Below are positions 19,101 to 31,773 of a stretch of DNA of 64,000 bases, one piece after another. The position numbers and the translations under genes are program-made. The notes beneath the pieces were generated by a model, which saw only the letters and a list, made by a program, of their open reading frames with translations, had not been told where the DNA came from and searched no databases. The number at the start of each line of letters is the position of its first letter. Positions within the stretch are counted from its first letter, which is position 1. The stretch comes from Mantamonas sphyraenae STR306 (lineage: Eukaryota; Protista; CRuMs), in the NCBI GenBank assembly GCA_026936335.1, contig JAPMXV010000025.1, positions 124,001 to 188,000 of the forward strand, read 5' to 3'.

Positions 19101-22100
19101 GTTGATACGTGGCTGCAGGCTCACACGCAGCCACATGCGCCGTCCGACGGTGAAGCGGCGACCGTCCAGTGAGAACGAAACCACATACGCACCCGATGGC
19201 AAGGACGGCAGCGTGCAAGTTGCTCTTGTGTCACTCTGCACCGTGGCGTTGACAAGCTCCTTGCCAACCATACAAACCGCACTCTTGCCATCGATTGCGA
19301 CAAACCCCGTCCCGTGGATGGTGATGGTCACACCTGCTGAACCGTTAACAACATTGGGCTCGATGGCCACTGCGTCGTACGTTGTCCATGAAAACTCTGC
19401 CGTGCAGCTGGTGTTGAACACTGGAATGGACACGGTCGTGACGTTGGTTGGCACTCGGAAGCGCCACCACGATCCGTCAAACCTGAGCCCGCTTTGCTGG
19501 GCCTTGACGTCAAACGCCTGAGGGGGCGCCGTCTTGTTGAACCGGTATGTGGCAACCACACCGTCCAAGCCAGCTGGGATGGGCACTTGTCCCACGTCCC
19601 ACTCCACCCGTGGACACTCAACGCATACCGTCGTGTTTCCAATGACATTGGAGACGCCATACAGACAATTTGAGCATGACGTTTGGCCCGGAATGCTCTG
19701 TTGACCTGCGGGACACGGTTGGCAACTGTCGGCAGACGTCTGATTGGCCAGAGTGCCAAATGTGTTGGCTGGGCACAGAACGCACTGTTCGGGAGCAGTT
19801 GCATTCCCGTATGTTCCGGCTGGACATGGAGTGCACGTAGACGCACCGGCAAACGCATAGCTTCCGAGTTGGCAAGGTGAGCACGCAGTGGCTCCAGGGT
19901 TTGCGCTGTACGATCTGGCCGAACACTGCGTGCAGCTTGACGCTTGTGTTGCGTTGGAAAAGTAGCCCTTGGGGCAAATATCACACGTGGTGGACCCTTG
20001 GTGGCTAAACTGCCCTTCTGCACACGGAGAACATCCGAGGGAACCCGTGCTGTTCGAGAACGAACCTGCGGTGCAGTTTAGACAGGCTGAAGCACGCGAC
20101 ACGTTGCTGTGCTTGCCCATTGGACACAGTGTGCATGAACCAGCGTATTCGGCGTTGTACTCCCCAGGAGCACATGCAGCACACTCCACATCTGCAAATC
20201 CGCTGGGTGTTGAGGTCAACGTCGTCCCCGGACCGCATTTGGTTTCAAACGAAGACACAAAGGCCGTGCGTGAGCTTGTAAAGGACACATTGGCATTGAG
20301 CGATCCTTTGCTGTATCCACAAACAGCGACTCGGCCGCTGTACGCGACCGCTCCACCGTACGCATACTCGTCTGCGGATGAACCCCACTGTTTCGTCCAA
20401 ACCTTGACTCCGCTGGTGGTCCAGCGTGTAGCAAAGATGTCTGTGCCTCCAAAGGACGGGTTTCCATCCAAGGAACCGCCAGTGGTGCCGCCTGCAACCA
20501 CCGTATCGTTGTAAACAGCAACGAAGCTGCTCACATCGTTGAACCCGGTCCCCCATTGACGGTGCCACATGCGCACGCCGCTGCTCGACCAGGAAACGAG
20601 GAAAGCATCGTCGCCACCACTGCTGCTTTGCCCCCCGCCGCTGGATGCGGCCGCGAGGCCGGCGACGAAAACCGTTTCATCCGGAAGATGCGCAACAGAG
20701 AACGCGTAGTCCCATGAGTTCGATCCAAACTGTCTGCTCCACACTTTGACACCTTCGTGTGTCCACTTGGTGACAAACAGGTCGCTGTTACCCAGGAAGC
20801 TCTGACCATCCAAGGAAGCGTGCGTGTGTCCGACAACCCAGATAGCAGTATCGGATGCTGCTACAGACGTCCCTGCGTCCTCTGTGTTGGTCCCCCACAC
20901 TCGTGTCCACTGCTTGGTTCCGTTTCCTGACCACTTGGTCAGAAAAATGTCTCGGTCTGCGATGCCAGCCTGCCCATCCAATCCTCCCTGGACGTACCCG
21001 GTGACAAGAAGGTCTCCAGAGCCACTGACAACGCCGCCAACCACAGTCGGTGTGCCGCCCCCGATCCAAGCATCGAGAGTGGTAATGGCGACCGCGGTCC
21101 CGTTGCTCAGTCTCAACGTTGTGTACATGGGACCAGCCCCAACTCCAGCGTACAGCCCTGTGCGGGCAAACGAAGCGCACCCAAGGAGTCGAGTTGCACC
21201 CGAGGCCAACTGCTGCGCCGAAATCCAGGTGATCCCCTTGGAGGCCTGTTGCGACAACATCCAGGCACGGCTGCCAGAGGTCGGAGTCAGAGCTCCAACC
21301 CACGGAAAGGTACCCACAGTGTCGGCGTCGGTCCATACCATGGCACCCGTCCCGTCTCCTGCTACCAATGGATAGTCTGCGTCAGCAAAGGAAACAGAGT
21401 AAGCGGTGTTGTTCGACTGCTGGCTTGCACGCAGCAGACGCTCCTGTGACAAGGTACCCGAGCTAGAGTACGTATTCAAAGTGACGTCTTCACCTGTCTC
21501 TGCGTACGTGGTGTAACCAATCACAATTCCGTTGTCGCCCTGGCATGCAACATCAACGGCATTGCTCTCTGCCCCAGCTGCTCCCCAAAGTCGCGTCCAT
21601 GTTCGCGTCCCGTTTGCAGTTATCTGAATGACCATTTGATCTCTCGCACCAGTTCTCGGTTGCGAGTTTACACTTGAGCTCCATGTCTGCCCCACAGCCA
21701 GCCAGTTGCCATCGCCACACTGGCTGATACCAGTCCCGTAGTCGTTGCTACTGCCTCCCCACTGGCCACCCCACTCCATTGTTCCATTCAGATCAATACT
21801 GAACACAAACATATCGAAACCGCCGGACCCAGCACCAACAAGCGAGCCTGAGGTAGCTCCGATTGCCAGCACGTGCTCACCTGTGATGTCGATCTGTATG
21901 TCCTGGATCCAATCACCACTTGCACTTCCCCACTGTCTTCTCCACCGCTCCGTTCCATTTGGAAGGAATTGGAGGATGAAGGCGTCTTCCAATCCGGCGT
22001 GACTCTGACCGAGCGAACCCCAAGTGTGTCCACCCACGAATATGTGCCCCATAGGTGACACCGTCAACGAACTTGCTTGATCGGTACCGGAAGTTCCCCA

Positions 22101-22697
22101 TTGGCGGATCCATGCCACAGTCAAATTGGTGTGCACCTTCACCAGAACCGCATCTTGTGCTCCGAACGAGCTTTGTCCAAACGTACCAGCTGTGTTTCCA
22201 CAGACCACAATCGATCCATCAGGAAGACTTGACACCGAATAGAAAACGTCCGAGGCTGCTGTGCCAAGTTGTACCCCGTCATCCAAGCTGCCATTCTGGT
22301 GAACCCGTGCGATGAATCCATCGTAGCCTCCAAAATGAGTGCCAAACAGGGAACCCGATGCGTGTCCAGCGACCAAAATCTTCCCCTGAGAATCTAAAGC
22401 AACGCCATAAGCGGCATCGTCGCCCGAAGTTCCCCACATGCGGGTCCACAGGCGAGAACCATTCACGGCCCATTTCGTCACAAAGGCGTCTCCTTGCCCA
22501 TAGTTGATTTCTCCATCCAGGCTACCGTATGTCCTTCCAACAACGTAAGTATCACCTCCTGGTGACACGACGACTCCATAACCCCTTTCGGACTGGGCGG
22601 TGGCGCTCAAGGTCGGCTCTTGCCATGTCCAGGCCCCGTCGGCTCCGGGCACTTGGCACGCCACGAGCATGAGCACGACAATGACAACCATCTTCAT
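16114..22697 (-). CDS. Receptor B, paralogue of receptor A; apparent 1-nt frameshift at 16733-16737 (homopolymer, possibly a sequencing error)
   Basis: ORF 16416-22760 and ORF 16114-16722 join into one protein if C5 at 16733-16737 is really C6, as in the G6 at 15264-15269. Same architecture as A, with a diverged ectodomain and tail. Confidence 0.85.
16599..18830. repeat. Inner inverted repeat, right arm
   Basis: Mirrored ORFs (13290/18711, 14235/17766); the protein is near-identical from ELPSGRVVQ to FYTGSLGN. Confidence 0.97.
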
Positions 22698-25146
22698 CCG
22701 ACCCGTGTGCGTCTGCCCGTTTGTCCCACCCTTGCCTACACTGCCTCTGTAGCCTGCCACCCACCCTGCGAATCAGCCCCGTGTCAGCAACAACCCTCCT
22801 CCTCCCATCCAGAAACAGCAGAACTGCCCGTGCTGAGATTCCTTCCCATTGTTTCCATCGTTGGATGAACGCTTTCCCCACGCAAGGCGTTCCCAGGTTC
22901 CCGAAAGGCAGCTGATCGGGCCTTCGCTTGCATCCAGCAACCGCCCGCACTCTGGCCACAATCCCGGCCGTACCACACCACAGTGCCCCGCACACCACGA
23001 CCCGATTTCATCTCTCTTTTCACCCATTGGATCGCACCCTCCTCCCACCACACATGTCCACTCACCTGCTTCGATGCATCCCCTGTGTCGGTTTGCGAGT
23101 CTTTCCATCGTTGCACGTCCAAAAAGTTGTCTCGCCGTATTCCTGCGCGCCCGGCTATTGAGTCAGAGACATCCACTGTCGACTTGGATCACGCACATCT
23201 GGCCTCTCACTCACGTTTTACTCCACTCCTTTGTTTCTTGTGTTGATCTCTTGCGTGTGTCGTCCCTGCTGATGTCTCTGCGAGCTTGGAAACGAGCCTC
23301 TGGCGACGGGCGAAAAAACAACACCTTTTTGCCTCTCCACGCGCACGTCGTGACACGTGTTGTGTTGTCCATCGCAGCATTTGTTCGCATTGTTCAACAC
23401 ACATGCGCAACCGGCATACTCCGCACAGTGCCCCATGGATTCCACGGTGTGTGCACAGGGGTCTCGCAGGGTGCAGGTGCGAGCAGGACTCGCAGGAAGG
23501 TCCTCCCGCGCACTTTGGAATCGCCACGGCTTTCCTGAGACTTTCTTCATCGCGCACAGGCAAACACTGACGTCTCAACTGTGCACACACGCGTACCAAT
23601 GGGCGATGTGTGATTCCCTCTGCCTATGGGTCGGCCGGCCGAAGGGGCAACCCGCGCCACAGAGCTTGCAGGCCAATCAGGGGCGCTGCAACCACAGGAA
23701 CCGGGAATCATGGGCACAGTGCTCTATGATGGCAACAAACTACACCCACCACGCATTCTCTCTTTGGAGGGGTGTTCCCCTGAAGGGCGTGAGGGGGGTG
23801 GCCCAACACAAGACGAGACGAAAACGGCACACCATGTCGTCGATGTCGGTGCCGTGTTCCATGGGCCTGTGGTACGTAGCCATGGCGTTGACTGTGTGCA
23901 TTGCCTGTGCACAGAGCGTGTACATGGATGCAGAGGGAGCAATCCACCATGACGGCGTGATGTCTGCGCAGGAGGCATCCGTGGGCACTCTCCGCTTCCC
24001 ACAAGCGCCACAAGGACGTCAGGTCCAGGAGCAGGCGGCTGTGGGCGCACTGCCGCCCAACCTCCTGCACAATACACTCATGAGCGACATCCATCCCAGA
24101 AAGTCCACGCCCGAGGGGTTTTCCACTGGGTGGTTTCACCGCAGCCCATCGACCGGAGCTACAGACTTTCAGTGTGACTACCGTTCACCAGGAACAGCAT
24201 CGTTGAATCCTGGTACCATTTCTATTACGCCTGTGCACCCATACACCCACTGTTTCGAGGGACCATGGGCTGCCACTTCCCCCGCAGGGTCCATTCCACG
24301 TGCACAGTGCAACCTGGCGACAGAGAGCAGCCCCGTGTGGTTTGGAGCGTACAACAAAGGCCCTAGGATGAATCAACGGGGACTGAGGGACGGCGACCCT
24401 CCTCGGTATGGCCATCTGCTCAAGATTTCGGGGTCGTACACACCGGCTGCACAAGCACTGAAGGAGAACGCCACACAGTGGGTTCAGATCTCGGGAGTCA
24501 CCATTGAGGTGGACAAGCGATTTAAAGTGTCGTACTATGTGAAAGAGGTTCGTGGACGTGGAGGCATGCGCTGGGACCACTGAGCGGGCTGCCCGCCACG
24601 AATTCGACGCCATGCCCAGATGACTGGTGCTACGTCGACACAATCATTTCAAACGAGCATTTGACACAAGGGGAACGCCCCAAGGACCAACATGACTGCT
24701 TAACCCTGCAGTTTGCGGTGGAAGGTGACGCAGCAGGCGTGTTTGACATTTACCTCGCCATTCCGTATGTCAGCCGTATAGAGGACCAACAACCACTTTG
24801 GGCACCCAGTGTATCTGATATGAACCACGAGATGCGACAACAAGGTACGATAGTCATGCAGTAGGTCGCAGGAAGCGTACGTACTCACTCTCTCACCCAC
24901 CCCCCCCCCCCCCCCCCCGCAGCTCGGTACATTTGGGATCCACCATCGATTACCAAGCCCCGCATGCACATCCCAAACGCTGGGATCTTCTCCATCACCT
25001 CCGATACCCGTTGGAATGCGGCTAGCACGTGCACGTACCAGATCTGGACGAGCTTGCAACATCTCGACAACGTCATCTTCACAATCAAAGTTGAAGGGTA
25101 CATCGTCACCGCAAGTGAGTCTATATCGCTTCTCTACTCTGCATGG
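22618..25146. repeat. Outer inverted repeat, right arm
   Basis: Matches 6676-9209; identity ends after CTCTGCATGG at 25146. Confidence 0.97.
23834..25146 (+). pseudogene. 3'-truncated copy of the secreted-protein gene (intron 24845-24922; CC>C frameshift near 24571)
   Basis: Near-identical to 7993-6676 but lacks the last ~90 codons, which are replaced by G-rich kinase upstream sequence. One C is missing relative to GG at 7255-7256. Confidence 0.75.
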
Positions 25147-25393
25147 TCGAATTCCCGGTGTGAGGTGGGTGGGGGTGAATATGTGGTTTGCGAGAGATGT
25201 GGATGCGGGAAGTGGACCACCGGAACTTGGAAAGGTTTGTTTGGGGTGTGGAAACGGTGGTGGTGGTGACGATGGATGGGTGGGGTGGAGTGAGGTGGGG
25301 AAGGGCGGGGAAGGGTGGGGAAAGGGAAAGAGGAAAAGATGGGGGGACATCGGAGCGGGAGCTGACAAGTGGGGCAGAACTGGTTGATCGATC

Positions 25394-28300
25394 ATGAGCA
25401 CAACACAAGAAGTGGACTGGAAGACACTGCTGGCGAGTGGCGATGTGGAACGCATTGGGGTGGCATTGGCAGAGGCAGGAGAGGTGGGTTTGCGGGAGAG
25501 TCGAGAGGGAAAATTTGGTTGACGTGTGGGTGGAGAGGATGGTTGAGGAGTGAGGAAGGAGTGAATAGAGGCGATTGGGATTGGGGGAAGTGGGTGGGTG
25601 GGTGGGTGCGGGGGGTGATGGCTGACGCAGGTGGTGCAGGAATTGAACCTGGGAGGGAAGAGTCTTGGGGACGAACATGTGGCAGCCCTGGCAAAGGCAT
25701 TGGGAAGGAACAGCAGCTTGAAGAGGCTGTACCTCAACAGCAACAGCGTTGGAGCAGAAGGAGCAGCAGCACTGGCGCAGGCACTAACTGAGAACAGCAG
25801 CTTGCAGATACTGAGCCTCGACAGCAACAGCATCGGCGACAAAGGAGCAGCAGCACTGGCGCAAGCACTGAGTGAGAACAGCAGCTTGCAGAGACTGGAC
25901 CTCTACAACAACAGCATCGGCGCAGGAGGAGCAGCATCACTGGCGCAGGGACTGAGTGAGAACAGCAGCTTGCAGAGACTGAACCTCCGAAACAACAGCA
26001 TCGGAGCAGAAGGAGCAGCAGCACTGGCGCAGGCATTGAGTGAGAAAAGCAGCTTGCAGACACTGTTCCTCGACAACAACAGCATCAGGGCAGAAGGAGC
26101 AGCAGCACTGGCGCAGGCACTGAGTGAGAATGGCAGCTTGCAGGCACTGTACCTCAACAACAACAGCATCGGGGACAAAGGAGCAGCAGCACTGGCGCAG
26201 GCACTGAGTAAGAACGGCAGCTTGCAGACACTGGACCTCAGCAACAACGGCATCGGAGCAGAAGGAGCAGCAGCACTGGCCGCAGCACTGCAATCCAACC
26301 ACACCTGCTGGTACATGCCTGGTGTGTACGATGATGCAGTCAAGCAGCGTCTTTCTCGCAACAGGGAGCACGCTGATGCGTTCCTCGCCGCCGCCCGCTC
26401 TGCCGACACCGATGCCATGCAGGAGCAGCTGGATTGGGGTGTTCACATCGACACATGGCCTGACAATGCCAACACAGCCCTCACCATTGCAGTCAACAGC
26501 AACGACGTTGAACTGTGCGCATGGCTGATCGAGCGTGGTGCGAATCCACTCACTCGCCCGTTTGGCTACAATCCCAATGCGCTGGAGCTGGCCCCAAAAA
26601 AAGGCAACACGGCCATTCTGGAGCTGCTCTCTGCAGCAATCAACCCTGTTGACCGATCCTGGCCAGCGTACGCCACAGCAACAGCCAATGTGGAGCTTGT
26701 GACTGAGCTGGATGCCATGCTGACAGCACTGTCATCATCATCGTCTGGACACACGAGCGTGGCGGATGTTGTGTCTGTGCTGAACGACAGCGCAAAGACG
26801 ACACCAATGCGCGAGGCATCGTCTGTGCAGGAACACCTGGAGACTGTGATCGCAGACACTGAGGTGGCATCGACACACCATGCTGTGCTGGACACGGTGA
26901 AGGAGAGTGTGGACCAGGAGAACGCACGTGCACGCACACTCTTGGCTGCAGCTGCTCCACACGCTGCACAGGCACAGCAAACACTGTGGACAGCAGAGCA
27001 GGAAGAAGTGGAGAGGCTGGTGGCGACACACAAGCAAGCGGCGAGACAGCGACAGGCAGGGACGACGATGGAAGCCAAGACGAGTGCACGTGAAGTGGAA
27101 CTGCAGACGAGTGTGGAGCTGGTGGGAGTGTGTGCACAACGGGCAGAGAAGAGGATGGTAGTGCGGAGGGAGGTGTATGGAGCAGCAGGAGAGGTGTGGG
27201 AGGGAGTGTGGAAGGAAGCAGCAGCAGGTGAACCATCGTCGTCACCTGGAGGATGGATTGGAGAACGGGCAGAGGCACAACGGGAGCATGTGTTGACTCA
27301 GGCTGGGGTCACAAGGGAGGAGGGAAGACGGTATGCAGCTGGGCTGGAGCAACTGGAGGCCAACACAGGAGAGCTGGAGGCACGGAAGGAGGCACTGGGT
27401 GCAGAGGAGGAGAAGGAGCGGATGGCGAAGGAGACGCATGTGACAGAGATGGGACGAGAGATTGAAGAGCTGGAGAACAGACTGGCACAGCTGCGCAGGG
27501 ACAAGGCAGCTGAGGAGGTGGCATTGCGTGAGCTGCCTGCTGTGTACAGACAAGAACGCAGGCAGATCGAAGCAACACTGAAACAATGTGAGAACTGGTG
27601 CACACAGCTGCGCATGCTGTGTGAGCGTCAGGAGGGACTGACGCATGCGCTGGAGCAGCTGGCAGAGGCGAGCAAGGAGCATCTGGAAGAAACCGCTGAA
27701 GCAGTGGACCACACAGAGCAACAGCTGCAGACACACCACAGAGCAGAACAGACGATGACCAAAGAGGCAGCCGAGTTGGCATGTGGGTCGCTGGCAGGGG
27801 AACTTCAACGTCTGGAACGGTCGAAAGGACCGAAGCAGAAGCGTGTGCAGCAGGCAGAGGCAGACATGCTGCGGTACCTGGAGGAGGAGCTGACCGAAGA
27901 GTACAACCGAGCACGGGAGGAGCGGGAGCAGGCAGCAGCGGGTGTGAAGCAGGTGGAGGCGATGCAGACCGAGCGGCTGGAAACGCTGAATGCAGCCGAG
28001 GCACTGCTGGGCAAGGAGGCATCGAGTCTGGCGGCGGTGCTTGCAGGGGAGGACAGACGAGGTTCATCGAACAACTGGACACCGCCTGGGTCGCCACTGG
28101 GATCAGAAGTGGAGAGTAGCGGAGACGAGTCGCTGGAGATCCCGTGGTCGGATCTGTCGAAAGGGGAACTGCTGGGAGAGGGCGGGTTTGCGTTTGTGTA
28201 CAAGGGGATGCTGCGTGGAAGCACGCCAGTAGCCATCAAGATGATGAAGGTGCAGGTGATGGATGCTGAACACGCAGCAGCATTCAACCACGAGGTGCGG

Positions 28301-29500
28301 ACGATGAAGGGACTGAAGCACAGGAACATGATCACACTGCACGGAGTGTGCGTGGAACCGGAGCATGTGTGCATGGTGACGGAACTGTGTGAGCTTGGGT
28401 CGCTGCACAGGCTGCTGCACGAGAGAGGCGAGGGTGCGGAAGGGCTGTCTGAGGAGGCCAAGGTGCAGATTGCACGAGATGTGGCAGACGGAATGGCGTA
28501 CCTGCACGGATACAAACCACCGATCATGCACAGGGACCTGAAGCCAGAGAATGTGCTGCTGGACAGGCGTGGCGTGGCACGGATCAGCGACTTTGGGCTG
28601 AGCCGGGTAAAGGAGCACACCAAGACGAAAACCAAGTCAGGCGCCGGATCATGGCAGTACATGGCACCTGAGCTGTTGTTGGATGATGATGACACGGACA
28701 GCGACGAGGAGGAGGATGCAGGGGCGTCGTCCTCGAGCGTTTCCATGCGGACGTTTGACGAAAAGGTGGATGTGTTTGCGTTTGGGATGCTGTTGTGGGA
28801 GATGATGCATGAAGTGCAGCCGTACAGCGGAAAGGGAGGCTTCTCGATGGCCAAGTTGATCTACCGATGGGGGAAGAAGCCGGACAAGCGAGAGAAGATC
28901 GACACGAGCGTGTGTCCGGGATGGGCGACAAAGCTGATTGAGCAGTGCTGGGCGACGGATCCATCGCAACGGCCTCCGTTCACACAGATTGTGGCGACGC
29001 TGGACACGGTGGAGGTGATGAAGAAGGAGGAGATGCACTCGCAGGTGGAGATTGTGAGCATCCTGCACGAGATGCAGGGGACACAGGCACAGATCCTGGA
29101 CGCGATGCAGTTTGACCACGAGGCATGGCAGGCACAGGTGGCTGCACTGGATCCCAGGGCACAGGAGGAGATTGTCACTGCGCTGCGAGAGGTACAAAGC
29201 GACACGGAATCACTAAAGAGGAAGAGTGGCCAACAGAGCAAGGCGATCCGGTTCCTGGGAGAGCAGGTACCACAGTTGCGAGCGTGGCTGACAGAGGTGC
29301 AGACACGGGCAGAGGCACAAGGGCTGAACGCAGCAGATGTGGACATTGTGCGTGCGCAACTGGCTGCCATGGAGCAGGATGTGATGGAAGTGAAAGAGCG
29401 GGTGAGCAGTCAAGGAGCAGCGATGGTTGGAGTGCAAGCGAAGCTGGTGACGGTGGAGATTGGGATGGGGGAGAGTGGAGAGGATGATGAAGGAGTGTGA
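25394..29500 (+). CDS. LRR (RI-like, 28 aa)-ankyrin-coiled coil-TKL Ser/Thr kinase, copy 1; exons 25394-25483 and 25631-29500
   Basis: Exon 1 encodes MSTTQEVDWKTLLASGDVERIGVALAEAGE; donor GAG|GTGGGT, acceptor GCTGACGCAG|GTG, phase 0. Ankyrin motif NTALTIAV..N..ELCAWLIERGANP. Kinase motifs GEGGFA, VAIK, HRDLKPEN, DFG, YMAPE, DVFAFG. No signal peptide or TM segment. Confidence 0.92.
25631..26305 (+). repeat. 84-bp LRR tandem repeat, 7 units plus an N-terminal repeat
   Basis: LQxLxLxxNSIGxxGAAALAxALxxNxS period counted in the translation. Confidence 0.95.
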
Positions 29501-29894
29501 AGCCATGAAGGAAGGAGTCGGGTGTAGAGGACCATGTCTGACACGATGTGGAACGAGTGAACGAGTGTACGCACAAGGACTGGGTGATTGCAGGGAGGAC
29601 GCGGGGACCACAACCCCCGAGCAGGTGCAACGGAAGCATGTTGAACGAGAACTGGAGGCAGCAGCAATTGATTCTACCCAACATGGAAGAAACACGAGCA
29701 AACAAGGCAGCGTGTCTCTTCAACACATCCATACCAACCTCTTTGCGGACACCACCAACCACTCAACACAACTCCTCAACGACTGGGAACGGGGGTCTCT
29801 CCATTCGACTCTCACGTCATCACAAATCCCACACACACCAACCCCCAATCCTTGCCAGTCTTGTGTACCATCCAATCATCCCCTCATCCCCTCA

Positions 29895-31773
29895 TCACCT
29901 CCCTTGCGCATCCAAACCAAACGTCACCGGCGACGCCAACGTAACCACGCCATGGCGCATAAACGTACCATCGCGCAGGTCCAAGGCGCCCAGCATCTTT
30001 ACAGAGCCCAGAACCTCCCACGTGCCACTGAGCAGCGTCAATGTACCCACTTCCATGGATCCATGGACACGCAGAGTACCGCCCTGGCCGATGTGTACGG
30101 CATCGAAGCGAGCGCCAGTGTTGTGGACGCGCACTTCGCCACCCTGGGCCACGACGAGGTCGTCCAGGACGGCGTTGCTGAGCCACGTCACTGTGGACGA
30201 CGCCACACGCAGACGCAGACGCGACGTCTGTCCCTCCACATGCCATGCACCCACCGTCTGGAGCGGGTCCTGTGCCGACGGGTTGCCCCGCAGTGCACCG
30301 TGCTGCATGACTGTCATCTTGCTGTTCATCGTAGCGACACCATCCAGTGTCACGTTGGCTCCTGCCATCACACGCAGCTCGCATGCACCCGCGGTGCCGT
30401 TGACCGAGCCGTACAGCGAGGCCTCGCCGTAGAAGGACACGGTGGCGTTGCTGTCACACACCAGGTTGTGCACAGCCATGGAGCCAAAGGCATGCACATG
30501 GCTGCTCACACGGGCCTGGGACAGCGTGTGCATCGAGCCACCGAGATCGGCGCCTGTCAGCGTCGTCACACCGTTTCCACGCAGCCATGCGTTGGATGCC
30601 ATGTCCAGCACACCCGTCACCTGCACGTCGGTGTTCACTTGAAGCACACCACCCGCAGGCACGCGTGCATTCAGCACCTGTGTGCTCACACCGACGCTCA
30701 ACACGCCGTTGTTGCTTGTCAGGATGTTCACCACACGCAGCTGCGTCGTGTTTCCGCTCACTCCACCGCCTTCCGACAGTGTCACTGTGTTCATCCACAG
30801 TTGCGGGTCCTGTGCAACACCAGTGAACGCACCCTGCACCACACTGCCTGTGCCGTGCACGTGTGTGTCGCCTGCGAGAGCTGCGCCACGCACGATTTCC
30901 AGCACGCTTCCTGACAGCACGGTGACGTTGCCCCAGACAAGCGCACGGTCCACGCGTGCCACTGTGGCCTGCAAAAGCACCACCGAGGCATTTGCGGGAA
31001 CCAGCACACTGTCTGTGGCGTTGGGCACACGTTCGCCATCCCAGTTGGCGCTGACGTTCCAGTCGCCGCCGGCTGCGCCCACAAAGGTCAGCGTGGGCAC
31101 AAACGGCGCCACGGTGACGTTGAGCACTGCCTGGCGCGAGTAGGCTGGTCCAGCGCCGTGGTTGCCCAGGTCGTAGACACTGACGACGAGGGAATCGACA
31201 CCCGAGGACAGGCCAGGGACGCTTGCGTAGCGCAGGGTGGCCAGCTGGGCGTTGATGGAGCCCAAAGTGTCCACCACATCGATCTGCAGCTTGTCTGGAT
31301 GCGACACCGTCGACAGGCGTCCATGGGTGGCACTGATGACCAAACGCATGTTGCCATCGACCTGTGCGGCATCCACATCCGTCACAGAGATGCCTGCCAC
31401 GAGCACACTGTCCAAATAGTCCACAGTGAGCTCTGTGGGCATGCCAACAATGTGCACGGGGTCGTTCACGGCGGTGACGTTGACAGCGAGCACAAACACG
31501 GCCTGTGTGGCAGGGCCACCGGTGAAGCCGTTGTCGTTCACCACCACTGTCACGGTGTCGCCACCCACGTGATGCACAGGCGCATGGTACACGAGTGTTG
31601 TCAGCAACGCGTTGATCTGCGTCAGCGTGCCATTGTTCACCACCACGGATCCGTTGCCCGCGGCACCGGCTGCCAGCTCCACCGTGCCTAGCGTGGCACT
31701 CACGTTGAGGGTGAGCACGCCAGCCGCGGCATCGGGGTCTGCCACGCGCATAAAGGGCACGTGGAAGCTGCTG
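29895..31773 (-). pseudogene. 3' fragment (~625 codons) of the giant gene, lacking that gene's 5' end
   Basis: Near-identical to 52105-53983; the frame is intact but the gene's 5' portion is absent. Confidence 0.85.

Noticed and set aside
6676-25146. Simple fold-back read artefact, or a transposon with terminal inverted repeats
   Set aside because: The arms alternate with diverged but intact homologous coding blocks, which a fold-back cannot create. I saw no transposase or target-site duplication. Read-level confirmation is still needed.
25631-26305. CRISPR-like repeat-spacer periodicity
   Set aside because: An in-frame 84-bp coding LRR repeat; no unique spacers and no cas genes.
25394-29500. 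Calling the kinases LRRK/ROCO proteins or NLRs
   Set aside because: No P-loop GTPase, COR, NACHT or NB-ARC motifs; the middle region is an E/A/Q/R-rich coiled coil.
29501-29894. Additional 3' coding exon of the kinase
   Set aside because: The region carries frame-breaking indels between copies, consistent with UTR or intergenic sequence.
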